The notes under the pieces are model-generated. The model was not told where the DNA came from. It did not search any database and was given only the letters and a program-made list of their open reading frames with translations. A program made the translations under genes and the position numbers. From Desulfobacterales bacterium (GTDB lineage: Bacteria; Desulfobacterota; Desulfobacteria; Desulfobacterales; UBA5852), in the NCBI GenBank assembly GCA_030066135.1, contig JASJCD010000006.1, forward strand, positions 1-47,554: a stretch of 47,554 nucleotides of DNA. Direction: 5' to 3'. Below are positions 46,855 to 47,554 of the stretch, piece after piece (position 1 is the stretch's first letter; every line of letters starts with the position of its first letter).

Positions 46855-46870
46855 TGGCACGTCTATTGCT
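46855..46870 (+). promoter_or_regulatory. Sigma54 -24/-12 promoter (perfect consensus)
   Basis: TGGCACGTCTATTGCT, 126 nt upstream of the ATG at 46996. Confidence 0.7.
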
Positions 46871-46995
46871 AAGTCTATTTTTGCCATTGGTTATCATCTG
46901 CGTATCTACCCAGAGCCCTGAGAACGCACTCTATATGCATTGCACATTAATTTAAAAATGGTGTTCAGAATTGAAGATCGGCGGATTACGTCACC

Positions 46996-47554
46996 ATGCA
47001 AATAAAAAACAAACGAATTCTTGTCACCGGCGCTGACGGTTTTATCGGGTCCCATTTGACCGAAGCATTAGTTCGGCGCGGCGGCAAGGTTAGGGCCTTG
47101 AGCTTCTACAATGCCTTTAATCATTGGGGATGGCTCGACAGCGTGGATTGTCTTTCGGAAATCGAAGTAGTCAGCGGCGATATCCGCGATGCTCATTTTT
47201 GTCGCACGTTGACAAGGGACATCGACATCATCTTTCATCTGGCGGCTTTAATCGCCATTCCCTATTCCTATCAGGCCCCCCAGAGCTACATTGAAACCAA
47301 CGTCCAAGGCACGCTGAACATCTGTCAGGCGGCTCTGGAAAACGGATGCCAACGCCTGATGCAAACATCGACCAGCGAGGTCTATGGCACCGCCCGCTAT
47401 GTCCCGATCGACGAAGGACATCCCTTGCAGCCGCAATCGCCCTACAGTGCCAGTAAGATCGGGGCGGATGCGACGGCTTTGAGCTTTCACCATTCCTTTA
47501 AGCTTCCAGTGGTCGTGGCTCGCCCCTTCAACACCTTCGGACCGCGTCAATCGG
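46996..47554 (+). CDS. NAD-dependent epimerase/dehydratase (extended SDR family), partial (the 3' end is outside the window)
   Basis: My own translation gives MQIKNKRILVTGADGFIGSHLTEALVRRG...IFHLAALIAIPYSY...TSTSEVYG...SPYSASKIGAD, with the GxxGxxG Rossmann motif and the YxxxK catalytic motif. It is absent from the ORF track because no stop lies in the window. Confidence 0.85.
   Translation, partial: MQIKNKRILVTGADGFIGSHLTEALVRRGGKVRALSFYNAFNHWGWLDSVDCLSEIEVVSGDIRDAHFCRTLTRDIDIIFHLAALIAIPYSYQAPQSYIETNVQGTLNICQAALENGCQRLMQTSTSEVYGTARYVPIDEGHPLQPQSPYSASKIGADATALSFHHSFKLPVVVARPFNTFGPRQS

Overview
The window is almost entirely a large Gram-negative flagellar and chemotaxis supercluster. About 38 kb is read on the minus strand. 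Gene content and the high GC look Desulfobacterota/deltaproteobacteria-like, but that is only an impression. Minus-strand order from high to low coordinates: a sigma54 enhancer-binding protein, then flgB-flgC-fliE-fliF-G-H-I-J, fliK-flgD-flgE, fliL-M-N-O-P-Q-R-flhB, flhA-flhF-flhG, fliA, a small ORF, a DUF2802-like gene, flgF-flgG-flgA-flgH-flgI, a rod-binding-only flgJ, then flgM-flgN-cheA-cheR-cheD-HDOD-cheY-cheX-cheB-flgK. The right-hand 9 kb (38.3-47.5 kb) is accessory. It holds a GGDEF diguanylate cyclase, an unknown gene plus an SLT lytic transglycosylase, a YcgR-like PilZ protein, a single-domain response regulator, a PAS hybrid histidine kinase, an orphan 129-aa gene, a degenerate pseudo-kinase, and the start of an SDR epimerase/dehydratase gene. 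Reading the intergenic DNA by eye gave a coherent regulatory map. There are nine sigma54-type -24/-12 promoters, eight of them strong. There are three sigma28 promoters sharing one architecture (TAAAG-N15-G[C/G]CGATAA). There are five perfect GTCA-N6-TGAC palindromes, each 75-195 bp upstream of a sigma54 promoter, with the same architecture as I recall for the Pseudomonas FleQ box. The points most worth follow-up are listed here. (1) A sigma28-driven module: orphan gene, PAS hybrid kinase, response regulator and YcgR-like PilZ protein. A diguanylate cyclase behind a sigma28-like promoter and a divergent sigma54-dependent pseudo-kinase sit nearby. (2) The GTCA-N6-TGAC regulon, including apparent autoregulation of the activator gene. 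(3) A CheA with a ~300-aa N-terminal extension and two tandem 24-residue MshEN-like repeats where P2 normally sits. (4) An FlhF with a C-terminal Ada-like zinc-ribbon module. (5) A split FlgJ arrangement. I saw no rRNA, tRNA, CRISPR array or mobile element. All calls come from eye-level motif recognition. No database search was run.
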